Of a DNA stretch of 64,000 nucleotides, positions 46,956 to 57,124 are shown piece by piece. The position numbers and the translations under genes were made by a program. The stretch spans positions 15,459 through 79,458 of the forward strand of contig JAFGUZ010000165.1 of assembly GCA_016938275.1 (NCBI GenBank), in the 5' to 3' direction. The notes under the pieces are model-generated. The model was not told the DNA's origin. It ran no database searches and saw only the letters and a program-made list of their open reading frames with translations. The first letter of the stretch is position 1, and each line of letters begins with the position of its first letter. Origin of the DNA: Candidatus Delongbacteria bacterium (GTDB lineage Bacteria > UBA4055).

Positions 46956-48035
46956 ATGATTGAAAAGCTGGAGAATATACTTGAAAAGTTCAATGATCTT
47001 ACTGAGAGTCTTTCAGATCCAGATGTAATTTCTGATATGACAAAATTCAGAGCGATTGGTAAGGAGCGTTCACAACTTGAGCCAATAGTTGAAAAATTTT
47101 CTGAGTATAAAAAGGTTGTTAGTGACTTAGAAGGGGCTAAAGAGGTTTTAAGCCTTGAAGAGGATCCTGAAATGAAAGAAATGGCTAAGATGGAAATTGA
47201 TGATTTGGAAGAAAAATCAAAAGTTCTTTATGAAGATCTTAAATTTCTGTTGATACCAAAAGATCCCAACGATTCTAGAGATTGTTATCTAGAAATTCGT
47301 GCTGGAACCGGTGGTGAAGAAGCTGGCTTATTTGCACAAGATCTTCTAAGAATGTACCAGAAATATGCCGAATCTCAAAGATGGTCGTTTGAAATTGCTG
47401 ACCTAAACGAAACGGGAATTGGTGGTATAAAGGAAGTTGTTGTTGAGATAAAAGGTGAAGAAGTATACGGTAAAATGAAATTCGAATCTGGCGTTCATAG
47501 GGTTCAAAGAGTTCCTCAAACTGAAACTCAAGGAAGAGTTCATACAAGTGCTGCAACTGTGGCTGTTATGCCTGAGTTTGAAGCTGAAGAGATTAAGATT
47601 GACCCAAAAGATCTTAAGATAGATACTTATCGTTCTTCTGGAGCTGGTGGTCAGCACGTTAATAAAACTGACTCAGCTATAAGAATAACTCACCTTCCAA
47701 CCAATACAGTAGTAACTTGTCAAAATGAAAGATCTCAGCATAAAAACAAAGACAGTGCTATGAAAATGTTAGCTTCAAGACTACAAGAGGTTGAAGATGA
47801 AAGAGCAAGAGCTAATGAGTCTTCAACAAGAAAATCACTTGTTGGTACAGGAGACAGGTCTGCAAAGATCAGAACTTATAATTACCCTCAGGGTAGAATG
47901 ACTGATCACAGAATTGGACTTACTTTGTATAAACTTGACCAAATCATGAATGGAGATATTGGTGAAATTGTCGAAGCTTTGATTCTTGCCGATAGAACAG
48001 AGAGATTACAACAAACTCAAAATGAAGAGATGTAA
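46956..48035 (+). CDS. prfA: peptide chain release factor 1
   Basis: GGQ motif ([14 protein letters not shown]); RF1-type tripeptide-region PQT (PAT-like); 359 aa. Confidence 0.95.
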   Translation: MIEKLENILEKFNDLTESLSDPDVISDMTKFRAIGKERSQLEPIVEKFSEYKKVVSDLEGAKEVLSLEEDPEMKEMAKMEIDDLEEKSKVLYEDLKFLLIPKDPNDSRDCYLEIRAGTGGEEAGLFAQDLLRMYQKYAESQRWSFEIADLNETGIGGIKEVVVEIKGEEVYGKMKFESGVHRVQRVPQTETQGRVHTSAATVAVMPEFEAEEIKIDPKDLKIDTYRSSGAGGQHVNKTDSAIRITHLPTNTVVTCQNERSQHKNKDSAMKMLASRLQEVEDERARANESSTRKSLVGTGDRSAKIRTYNYPQGRMTDHRIGLTLYKLDQIMNGDIGEIVEALILADRTERLQQTQNEEM

Positions 48036-48040
48036 AAAAA

Positions 48041-48066
48041 ATCCCGGGTTCCGGGATTTTTTTTTA
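48041..48066. terminator. bidirectional rho-independent terminator (A8-ATCCCGG-gtt-CCGGGAT-T9)
   Basis: Perfect 7-bp GC-rich stem flanked by an A-run and a T-run, directly after the prfA stop. Confidence 0.8.
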
Positions 48067-48204
48067 CTTTATCATCTTATCATCTCAATATAGAACTTTT
48101 ACATTATTCTCTATGAATTGCTTAGGCACGATTTTAGCTTGACATATCGCTCTGTTTTCAATAGCTTATAGAAAGCAATTGGAAAATTAGTACTTGGAGA
48201 AATT

Positions 48205-49629
48205 ATGTTGAAAACCGGATTGAGCACATCACTTAAACTAGAAACTAGAATAGATCCGGCATTAATTTTGAGATCAGAATTACTTGAGCTCCCCTTACTT
48301 CAATTAGACAATAGAATTCAATTAGAATTATCAGTCAATCCTTTTTTAGTCACAGATTTAGAATTTGATGAAGGTCTCGAAATATCCACTACTGAAACTA
48401 AAAACGAAGAGAAGACAGATGATTTTGACTGGGAAGAATATGTAAAAGACTTTTCAAATTATGAAGACAATTATCCAACAATGTACGATAAAGATAAAGA
48501 TGAGATTGAGTTCCAACCTCCAGTAGAAACAACTCTTGAAGATTCTCTTATACTTCAACTTAGTGATGGTAATTTTAACGAATTAGAACAAGAAATTGCT
48601 AAGGAGATTATTGGAAACATTGATAATGATGGGTATTTAGCTTGTCCTCTGTATGATATATCAAGGAATTTTGATGGAATTGACGAAGAAACAGTGGAGA
48701 ATGTTCTAAAAAAAGTTCAATTGTTAGATCCCGTAGGAATAGCCTCAAGAGACGTGAGAGAGTGCCTATTGACCCAATTATTGAATCAAGAACTCTATAT
48801 GGAAGATTCTTTAATTGTGCTAAGAGATTACTATAATGATTTTGTCAATAAACGCTATGAAAAAATTATGAAACGCACTGGAATCGATAGAGATCAGATG
48901 CAAGAGGTAATAGAAGAGATTACTTCTTTAAATCCCAAGCCAGGGTCTTCCAGAAAAATCGATCAATGGGAAAAAACACACCAGAGTGTCGATAAGAAAG
49001 ATTCCATAACTCCTGATTTCTTTGTTAGAGAAATTGATGGAGAAATCACAATTTTACTCAATGACTCATTTGTTCCAAATCTTGCCATTAATCAACAATA
49101 CAGCAATTTAATTCTTTCAAATACAACTGAAAAAACTACTAAAGACTTTGTGAAACGTAAGCTTGAATCTGCCAGATGGTTCATTAACGCAATTGCTCAA
49201 AGAAAAAACACTTTGAGAAAGGTAATGCTTTCAATAGTTAAGTTTCAGGAAGATTTCTTTAGAAAAGGACCTGAACAGATCAAACCTCTCATATTAAAAG
49301 ATGTTGCAGAAGATATTGAAATGGATGTAGCTACCGTTTCAAGATGTACAAAAGAAAAGTATGTTGATACTGAATATGGAATTTTTGAATTGAAGTATTT
49401 TTTTACGGATAAGCTTGCGACTGTGGACGGAGATGATGTTTCAACAACAGTTGTAAAGGAGAGGATTAGAGCTATCATAGATAAAGAGGATAAGAAAAAT
49501 CCTTTTTCAGATCAAACTATATCAGAACTCCTAAGAGAAGAGGGTCATACGGCTGCAAGAAGAACAGTTCAAAAATATAGGGAACAAATGGCAATTCCTG
49601 TTGCAAGACTTAGAAAAGATATTTTCTAG
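48205..49629 (+). CDS. rpoN: RNA polymerase sigma-54 factor
   Basis: C-terminal RpoN box ARRTVQKYRE; an HTH and an acidic region II. 474 aa. Confidence 0.9.
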   Translation: MLKTGLSTSLKLETRIDPALILRSELLELPLLQLDNRIQLELSVNPFLVTDLEFDEGLEISTTETKNEEKTDDFDWEEYVKDFSNYEDNYPTMYDKDKDEIEFQPPVETTLEDSLILQLSDGNFNELEQEIAKEIIGNIDNDGYLACPLYDISRNFDGIDEETVENVLKKVQLLDPVGIASRDVRECLLTQLLNQELYMEDSLIVLRDYYNDFVNKRYEKIMKRTGIDRDQMQEVIEEITSLNPKPGSSRKIDQWEKTHQSVDKKDSITPDFFVREIDGEITILLNDSFVPNLAINQQYSNLILSNTTEKTTKDFVKRKLESARWFINAIAQRKNTLRKVMLSIVKFQEDFFRKGPEQIKPLILKDVAEDIEMDVATVSRCTKEKYVDTEYGIFELKYFFTDKLATVDGDDVSTTVVKERIRAIIDKEDKKNPFSDQTISELLREEGHTAARRTVQKYREQMAIPVARLRKDIF

Positions 49630-49951
49630 ATTCTAAAATTTAAAATTATATAATTTTTTAGATTCATTCATAAATAAATGATATTGTAGTATAAAGAAAC
49701 AAGTATTACAAAATCTTTAACAATAACTACAATCTAGTTGTAAAACTTATCTGTCAATCATTTCAGACAAACTCTTTAGCAAAACACATCTTTATATAAC
49801 TTTAGCACTGTTAGAGATAAATACAACTACCTATCTGAGAACTATATCATCAAATAAATAATGGTCAAACATCAATACTTGAATGAATCATTTTCTCGTT
49901 CTACTTTCAATAATTCAACAGCACATATAGCAATACTCCTAATAAAATCTA

Positions 49952-51340
49952 TTAATCAAATATAGCTTTTACGTATTCTTTTGGATCAAAGATTTTAATA
50001 TCATCTATCTTCTCCCCTATTCCAATAAATTTGATAGGAATATCAAGTTCTTGATTTATCGCTATTGCTACACCACCTTTTGCTGTTCCATCAAGCTTTG
50101 TTAGCACTAGCCCAGTAACACCTGAACTTAAATTAAAGTTTCTAGCCTGACTAACAGCATTCTGACCTGTAGTTGCATCCAAAACAAGTAGAACTTCGTG
50201 AGGAGATTCTTCATTTAATTTCGTTAAAACTTTAGTAATTTTTTCAAGTTCTTTCATAAGATTTACTTTATTATGCAATCGTCCTGCAGTATCAATCAAT
50301 ACGACATCACAATCTCTGGCTACAGCAGCTTCGTAAGCATTATATGCCACTGCAGCAGGATCAGAGTTCATTTGATTCTTAACAAATTCAGCACCTGCTC
50401 TTTTAGCCCAGGTCTCCAATTGTTCTATAGCTGCCGCCCTAAAGGTATCAGCAGCTCCGATTAATACTTTTTTCCCTATTTTCTTGTAATAATGGGCTAA
50501 TTTACCTATAGTTGTGGTCTTACCATTACCATTTACACCAACAACCAAAATAACGTAAGGTTTCTTGTCAAACTTACCATCAACAAGATTATCATCACAT
50601 TTAACAAGTTTAACGATTTCTTCCGAAATTAATGTTTTTAACAATTTAGGATCTTCGGTTTTCTCTTCTTTAATTCTCTTCCTAATATTTTCAATAATCA
50701 GTTCTGTCGTTTTTACACCGATATCTGAAGTATAAAGAGCTTCTTCCAGCTCATCCAATAGATCTTCATCAATAACTTCAGAGCTAAATATATTATTAAG
50801 CTTTGAAAATAGAGAGTTTTTTGTTTTTTCAAGAGATTGCTTCAATTTAGAAAAAAGAGAAGGCTTTTGAGTTTTATTCTCGACATCAATATTTACTTCA
50901 TCAGTAAACAACTCAATATCAGACTCAATTTCAGTTTTGATTTCAGATAAAGAATTATCATCTTTTAACTCGAAACTACTTTCTGTTAATATGCTCTCTT
51001 TAATAAATTGTTTTTTATCAATTTTATTAATTTCTACTTCTTCTATGCTAATATCAGAAGGGACAAGACCCTCTTCAGACTCTAATACATCAAATGAACT
51101 TGCATTATCAGCACTAGGATTTACAGCCTCTTCTCCATCTAAGCTATCAATTGAATCAATTTCTTCAATAACAGGTAATTTTTCTATTTCACCAGAAACA
51201 TCATCTTCAGGAAGACTTTTATCAAATTCTGGAGTTTCACTATTCGGAAGATTATCAATGATTTCTTCGCTACGATTTACAGATTTATCATCTTCAATAA
51301 TATAATCACGAACTCTTTTTCTTTTGAATAAATTAAGCAT
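49952..51340 (-). CDS. ftsY: signal recognition particle receptor FtsY
   Basis: Acidic N-terminal A-domain. NG domain with GVNGNGKTTT P-loop, DTAGR and TKLDG motifs. Confidence 0.9.
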   Translation of the reverse strand: MLNLFKRKRVRDYIIEDDKSVNRSEEIIDNLPNSETPEFDKSLPEDDVSGEIEKLPVIEEIDSIDSLDGEEAVNPSADNASSFDVLESEEGLVPSDISIEEVEINKIDKKQFIKESILTESSFELKDDNSLSEIKTEIESDIELFTDEVNIDVENKTQKPSLFSKLKQSLEKTKNSLFSKLNNIFSSEVIDEDLLDELEEALYTSDIGVKTTELIIENIRKRIKEEKTEDPKLLKTLISEEIVKLVKCDDNLVDGKFDKKPYVILVVGVNGNGKTTTIGKLAHYYKKIGKKVLIGAADTFRAAAIEQLETWAKRAGAEFVKNQMNSDPAAVAYNAYEAAVARDCDVVLIDTAGRLHNKVNLMKELEKITKVLTKLNEESPHEVLLVLDATTGQNAVSQARNFNLSSGVTGLVLTKLDGTAKGGVAIAINQELDIPIKFIGIGEKIDDIKIFDPKEYVKAIFD

Positions 51341-51357
51341 AAATATCCTATCTAAAA

Positions 51358-52218
51358 TTATTTTACATACCTTTTTTTAAATCCACCCCAACCTAGCTTT
51401 TCTCTTAAAATCTTATAATAATCAGAATTATGAAATTTGATAAAACTTGCAAAATGGTCTGATTTTTTCACTGTAATTAACTCATAAGAATCAATTTCAG
51501 AATTCTCCTGACCATCGGCACTGATCACCATTTTCCCGTTTTCAGAGCTAGCTTCAATACTTAACTCAGATAGATCGGAAACAATTACCGGTCTCATCGC
51601 CAGAGCATGTGGTGAAATTGGATTAATTATCATACCTCTAACCCCTGGCTCCATAATTGGTCCAGAAGCTGAAAGATTATAAGCTGTTGACCCTGTTGGT
51701 GTAGAGATAATCAAACCGTCTGACGTATATGTTGTTAAATATTTATTGTTTACTTTAACATCAATTTTTATCAACCTAGAAGAAGCCCCCTTATCTATGA
51801 CAATATCATTCAAGGCAGAATAATACTTCCCACCAAATGAAGCTGTCAACATGATCCTCTTCTCAATAAAAAAATCTTCATTTTCAATTTTTTGTATACT
51901 GCTTCTTAAATTTACAAGATTTGTATCTGCTAAAAATCCCAATTTACCTAAATTCACACCTAGTATTCGTCTATCAAACAAAATACTGTCACGAGCAATC
52001 TTAAGAATTGAACCATCTCCACCAAAAACAATATAAATATCTGAATTTTTAATGACCTCTTTGTAATCCAAAACATCAAACCCACCACCAAAATCTTTAT
52101 TACAACAAAACGTAAGTTTCATTGATTTCAACCAATTGAGTACAGAACATATGTCATTAAACTCCTTTTCAGATGACATATTATGAATTAATCCGTATTT
52201 GTACTTACAGTTCATCAT
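51358..52218 (-). CDS. nadK: NAD+ kinase
   Basis: GGDGSIL and NLGKLGFL motifs. Confidence 0.9.
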   Translation of the reverse strand: MMNCKYKYGLIHNMSSEKEFNDICSVLNWLKSMKLTFCCNKDFGGGFDVLDYKEVIKNSDIYIVFGGDGSILKIARDSILFDRRILGVNLGKLGFLADTNLVNLRSSIQKIENEDFFIEKRIMLTASFGGKYYSALNDIVIDKGASSRLIKIDVKVNNKYLTTYTSDGLIISTPTGSTAYNLSASGPIMEPGVRGMIINPISPHALAMRPVIVSDLSELSIEASSENGKMVISADGQENSEIDSYELITVKKSDHFASFIKFHNSDYYKILREKLGWGGFKKRYVK

Positions 52219-52301
52219 TCATGCTCAATTTTTTGTCAATATAAAGTTAAAAATCCAGTGTTGCAAGTCTATAATTGTTATGCAAATTCGAATCAATTAC
52301 C

Positions 52302-55300
52302 TCATAATACAGACTCTTTTATAATCATCAAAAGGTCATTAAGAACAGATAATTCAAAATCTTCAATTGCCTTTTCAAGTTTTATCGAATAATCTTTCAG
52401 TACCAAATCATCATCACTTCCCAAAGATTCTGAAAAAGCCCTATAATCTGATATGTTTTTGCTTTTTTCTGCTTTAATAAGAAGATTCAATTGCTTAATA
52501 TTTAAGTTCAACTTTTTTTCGAGATTATTCTTTTTAGTTAATTTTAGAGTTTGAACAATCTCAATAATCTTTTCTTCAAAAACATCTCTGTTGACAATGA
52601 GATCAAAAAGTTCATTGTGACTTTCATCTATATTCTTTAAATCAGATATCGCAATAATCTTTACTTCTTTTATATGTTTGAATAATCTTATGATACGAAT
52701 ACCATCTCTGAAGCTATTTTGTATATAGTCAAAATTTATTATCATGAAGCTGACATTGGTACTATCAATAAATTCTTCGAAAGCCATTTCATCGATATGA
52801 AATTCGAGTCGAACATTGTAATTGGAAAATTTATACGAGATCAGTTCATTCATAGTTGGACTTTCAAAAAAAACGGCACCTTTAAGTTTTCTATCTTGAT
52901 CAATACTTTTATCTATATTCTCATTATCAACCGTAATTTTACGCATATTAAATAAAGAGACATTAAATTCCGAACCTTGATTTACCTGACTTTTTACTTC
53001 AATCATTCCACCAAGTAAATTAACCAATCTCTTTGTAATCGAAAGTCCCAATCCTGTTCCTCCATACTTTCTTGAAAGATTGGATTCTCCTTGTGAGAAT
53101 GGCTCGAAAATCTGATCCTTAAACTCATCTGTAATACCTACCCCTGTATCCACAACAGATATAAATATGTTGTAAATTCTAAATCTCACTCTATTTGCAC
53201 TTACTTTTATAATTACGGAACCGTGATCTGTAAACTTGATAGCATTACCAACCAAATTAACTAAAATCTGTCTAAGTATCGTGATATCAGAAATAATAGA
53301 TTGAGGAGTATTTGGAGATACATAGCTTTGTAGTAGAAGTCCTTTTTCTTTTGCAATTGCATAGAAAATAGTTTTGACATCTTCTATAAGATTTGTAATA
53401 TTTACAGAGTCTTCAATAATATTTACTTTTCCAGCGTCGATTTTTGATAAATCCAAAATATTATTTAAAGTACAGAGTAAATCTTTAGATCCTTTATGTA
53501 TGTTGAAAAGGTAATTTTTATATTTCTCATCAATATCAGATTCCATTAAAATATTCGTGTAACCTAACACCGCATTCAAAGGTGTTCTAATTTCGTGACT
53601 AACAGTAGCTATAAATTCCGATTTTGTTAAACTTGCTTTTTCTGCTTCAGCCTTCGATTTTTCTGCTTCATTTTTAGCCTTGACAAGTCTATTTTCCAAA
53701 TCTTTATTTTGAGTAATATCCGTACCAATAAATAGAAGTTCAACTTTCGAATCCTCTGAACTGATTATTCGAACATTCCATAAAATCCATTTCCTTTCGC
53801 CTGATCGTGTTTTAATTTGTGCTTCAAATGATGTTTGAGAATTTCTGTCTTTGAACAAACCATCTAATCTATCACCAAATTTTTCAAGACCATTGGACGC
53901 TTCAAAAAGTTTTTCAAAAGATGTATATGAAGTATTAACAATTGTTAGATTCAATAACTCCACACCAATGGGATTGATATAAATCAATTTACCATTGCTA
54001 TCAAATCTTAATATTAGATTAGCAGCATAATCAATAATCTCTTTTATGTTTTTTTCACTTTGAGCTAACTGTTTAGTTCTCAGATCAATTTGATTCTCTA
54101 GATCCAAATTCAACTCAGTAAGTTTATCCTCAGCTACTTTCCTCTTCGTTATGTCAATAACAAGTACCAAACAAAGTCGTTCTTCATTTTTCTCTGAAAG
54201 CACGACAGGAGTAAACCTTCCTTCAAACCACTTCAACTCTCCATTAATTTCTAAAGAATACTCATATGATTTAACTTTTTCAGAGTTTAAGGAATTTGTA
54301 ATCATCTTTTTATATTTCAATGCAATTCCATCAGGTAATACTTCTGAAAGGTTCTTATTAATTAAATTGTTTGGATCAGATATTAAAAGCTCGTTATGAT
54401 TTGTAATTACGTCTTTGTAATTTCCATCTTTATCCATTACAAAAATTATATCCGGAACGGCATTCATCAAAGCTTTTAACTTACTTTCATTCTCAATTAG
54501 TTTAAACTCTTTGTATTTAAGTTCACTTATATCTCCAATAATGAAAATATAGGATTTACTTATAAACTCTTCCAGTTGTGAAACTGCTACTTGAAAATAT
54601 TTTTGTCCAATCTCAATTTCAAAATTGTTTTCATTGCTGGTAATAAAATAATCAAATATTTTTGTAAAATGAATGAGGTCGCTATCAAAATTCAACCAGT
54701 ATGAATTGACAGTTTCACAAATTTTATCTTCAATATAGTTTTTTTCATCTACTAATATTAAGCCTACTGAGATATTGTTCTTAATGCCTTTCAATATATG
54801 ATTTACTCTTTCAAATTCGGTTTTATTTTCTGTAACACTCTTTATAAGTGAATCCATATTTTTTTTTATGGAGGTAAAATCCTCACTATCGACTTTAAAA
54901 GAATCGGGGAAAAAATCACTAATACTCATTAAAATCTCTTTGATAGGCATAAAAAATCTGACTAGAATTATGTAAACAAGAAGAAGAGCTAAGGTAATTG
55001 CTAAAATAAAGATAATCAAACCAGACCAAATAGAATTTTTAAGCATAGAAATTTGAGTTTCAGAAATCGAAACAAGCAAAATAAATTTACCCTTATTCAA
55101 ATATATAGGACTCCTGAAACTGATAAAACTACCCTTGTGAAATGAAACTAAACTCTCTAAAGATTCATTTTTAAAGACTAAAGAATCTTTATTAATTATC
55201 TCGTCTTCAGGTTTTTCAAAAATCGAAAATATTTTGTTACCATTTGAATCAAATATCGCTATCAAAGATAATTTTTTTTCGATTAGTATCTGCTTTATAC

Positions 55301-55556
55301 TGTTTTCTAAAATATAATCGCTTTTACCATAATGATTCTCAAAGATAGATCTAATCTCTTCATGCACTGTCTCATACAATCTTCTAGCTGACTGATTATG
55401 TTTAAACTTTATAAGAAAAAGATCTGTCACGTACACAGAACCAACAGCTAAAATCAAAATTGCAGAAAAACTGATCATCAATCTAAGAAACAATGACCTA
55501 CTTAGATCAGACTTATTGTTATCACTCATATTATTACTCATTTTGATATATATCAA
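52302..55556 (-). CDS. large membrane sensor histidine kinase (two TM helices, periplasmic-type sensor, multiple PAS domains, HisKA/HATPase_c, ~250-aa C-terminal extension)
   Basis: H-box VSHEIRTPLNAVLGY. N/G boxes (NAIKFTDHG, GGTGLGLSITKRL). PAS repeats between residues ~350-650. Confidence 0.8.
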   Translation of the reverse strand: MIYIKMSNNMSDNNKSDLSRSLFLRLMISFSAILILAVGSVYVTDLFLIKFKHNQSARRLYETVHEEIRSIFENHYGKSDYILENSIKQILIEKKLSLIAIFDSNGNKIFSIFEKPEDEIINKDSLVFKNESLESLVSFHKGSFISFRSPIYLNKGKFILLVSISETQISMLKNSIWSGLIIFILAITLALLLVYIILVRFFMPIKEILMSISDFFPDSFKVDSEDFTSIKKNMDSLIKSVTENKTEFERVNHILKGIKNNISVGLILVDEKNYIEDKICETVNSYWLNFDSDLIHFTKIFDYFITSNENNFEIEIGQKYFQVAVSQLEEFISKSYIFIIGDISELKYKEFKLIENESKLKALMNAVPDIIFVMDKDGNYKDVITNHNELLISDPNNLINKNLSEVLPDGIALKYKKMITNSLNSEKVKSYEYSLEINGELKWFEGRFTPVVLSEKNEERLCLVLVIDITKRKVAEDKLTELNLDLENQIDLRTKQLAQSEKNIKEIIDYAANLILRFDSNGKLIYINPIGVELLNLTIVNTSYTSFEKLFEASNGLEKFGDRLDGLFKDRNSQTSFEAQIKTRSGERKWILWNVRIISSEDSKVELLFIGTDITQNKDLENRLVKAKNEAEKSKAEAEKASLTKSEFIATVSHEIRTPLNAVLGYTNILMESDIDEKYKNYLFNIHKGSKDLLCTLNNILDLSKIDAGKVNIIEDSVNITNLIEDVKTIFYAIAKEKGLLLQSYVSPNTPQSIISDITILRQILVNLVGNAIKFTDHGSVIIKVSANRVRFRIYNIFISVVDTGVGITDEFKDQIFEPFSQGESNLSRKYGGTGLGLSITKRLVNLLGGMIEVKSQVNQGSEFNVSLFNMRKITVDNENIDKSIDQDRKLKGAVFFESPTMNELISYKFSNYNVRLEFHIDEMAFEEFIDSTNVSFMIINFDYIQNSFRDGIRIIRLFKHIKEVKIIAISDLKNIDESHNELFDLIVNRDVFEEKIIEIVQTLKLTKKNNLEKKLNLNIKQLNLLIKAEKSKNISDYRAFSESLGSDDDLVLKDYSIKLEKAIEDFELSVLNDLLMIIKESVL

Positions 55557-55837
55557 CTTTAATTTATGGTTATTTATTGTAATTTGTCAAATCTGATTTT
55601 CAATTATCTGTTAATTCATTATAGGTAATCTTCATCGATTGTTGAAAAATTATAATAAACTATAAACATAGAGTACACTAAAAAAAATGTTGACTAAAGT
55701 GTTAATGATTATTATTGTTATAGCGGGAACTTAAAATGGATTAACAGATGCTCAATTATAAATCATCTAAAAATATAAAAAAGAATATGAAGATGTTACT
55801 AATAAGGATGTAGTAAATCAGTTTTATTAATTTATTG

Positions 55838-55862
55838 AAAGCCGGGTTTACTCGGCTTTTTT
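55838..55862 (+). promoter_or_regulatory. terminator-like hairpin with U-tract ending 8 nt before the lysA RBS (candidate transcription attenuator)
   Basis: AAAGCCGGG-ttta-CTCGGCTTTTTT, 7-10 bp stem with one G-U, then TTTTTT. No upstream plus-strand gene needs it. It follows a ~280-nt AT-rich leader. Confidence 0.4.
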
Positions 55863-55879
55863 GTTTCAATGGAGGTATT

Positions 55880-57124
55880 ATGCAGGATATCTTATGTGCA
55901 AAAGTTTCAACTAAAAATGGTTTTTATAAAAATCACTCACCAGTTGATCTAGTAAATATTTACTCCTCTCCGCTGTATGTTTACAATGAAGAGATCATTA
56001 TCGAGAGAGTTAAAAGAATGAAATCTTTAATTAAGAGTAAAAATTTTAAGCCCTATTATTCAGTTAAGGCAAACAACAATTCTTACATTCTGCGTACAAT
56101 TCATAAATTAGGTATGGGTTTTGAAACTGTATCCTTAGAAGAGGTAAAATATCTTATAAAATTAGGAATATCAGTTGATAAGATTATCTCGACTCCAAAT
56201 AATATTGGTTATGAAGAGTTAAGAAGCCTTATAAATCTTGGAGTTGATCTGACTTTAGATTCTCTTGACCAATTACAGATGGCCGTTAATATTGACAATA
56301 AAAGGAAATTTAAAATTAGAATCAATTCTGGAATAGGTCTAGGACATAGTAACAAAGTAGTTACTGGAGGAAAAAATACAAAATTTGGATTTGATGAAAC
56401 TGAATTATTGGAACTTCTCAATACTGATTTTTTGACAGAGAAGATTGATGGTTTAATGCATCATATGGGATCACTTTTTTTAGATGAAGATGGTTACATC
56501 AAAGGAGCAAGAAAACTTCTTGAATATGCAAAATTATTCAATAATATTAAAACGGTGGATTTTGGAGGTGGATTTGGAGTCTCTTACAATCTTCGTGATT
56601 CGCAAAATGATTTAAATATAGCAAATCTGAGTTATGAGTTAACTAAATTAGTAGATGAATACAAATTTTACGATTGTGAAATACGTATTGAACCAGGCAG
56701 GTACATTGTTGCTGAAAGTTGCATTTTGCTTGGAAAAATTACATCAAAAAAAGTTAGTAATAGTAAAATATATGTCGGCTGTGATATTGGCTTTAATCAG
56801 ATGCCTAGAACTGCCTTATATGGAAGTTACCATGATTTAGAGTTTTATTCAAAAAATATGAAATCAAGAACCAGACAAAGGGTAAACATCGTTGGTAACA
56901 TATGTGAAAGTGGCGATTACATTGCAACAGATCGAGAGTTTTATGAGTTATTCCCCGATGATATAATTGGAGTACTCACTTGCGGTGCATATGGCTATTC
57001 AATGAGTTCAAATTACAACATGAGATTTAGACCAGCTGAAATTATGATTTTAGAAGATGGATCAGTTAGACTTATTAGAAGACGAGAAGAATTAGATGAT
57101 TTTATTAATTTGATGGAGTTCTAA
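55880..57124 (+). CDS. lysA: diaminopimelate decarboxylase (PLP-dependent, Orn/DAP/Arg decarboxylase family 2)
   Basis: YSVKANNN PLP-Lys motif; GGGFG; the C-terminal CESGD-type motif is approximate. The start was moved to MQDIL with a GGAGG RBS. The ORF-track start at 55835 lies inside the hairpin. Confidence 0.85.
   Translation: MQDILCAKVSTKNGFYKNHSPVDLVNIYSSPLYVYNEEIIIERVKRMKSLIKSKNFKPYYSVKANNNSYILRTIHKLGMGFETVSLEEVKYLIKLGISVDKIISTPNNIGYEELRSLINLGVDLTLDSLDQLQMAVNIDNKRKFKIRINSGIGLGHSNKVVTGGKNTKFGFDETELLELLNTDFLTEKIDGLMHHMGSLFLDEDGYIKGARKLLEYAKLFNNIKTVDFGGGFGVSYNLRDSQNDLNIANLSYELTKLVDEYKFYDCEIRIEPGRYIVAESCILLGKITSKKVSNSKIYVGCDIGFNQMPRTALYGSYHDLEFYSKNMKSRTRQRVNIVGNICESGDYIATDREFYELFPDDIIGVLTCGAYGYSMSSNYNMRFRPAEIMILEDGSVRLIRRREELDDFINLMEF

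Noticed and set aside
55557-55879. Lysine riboswitch (L-box) or T-box upstream of lysA-lysC.
   Set aside because: I could not find the conserved L-box helices or GA-rich core, nor the T-box AGGGUGGNACCGCG motif. The region is extremely AT-rich. It is kept only as an unclassified attenuator candidate.
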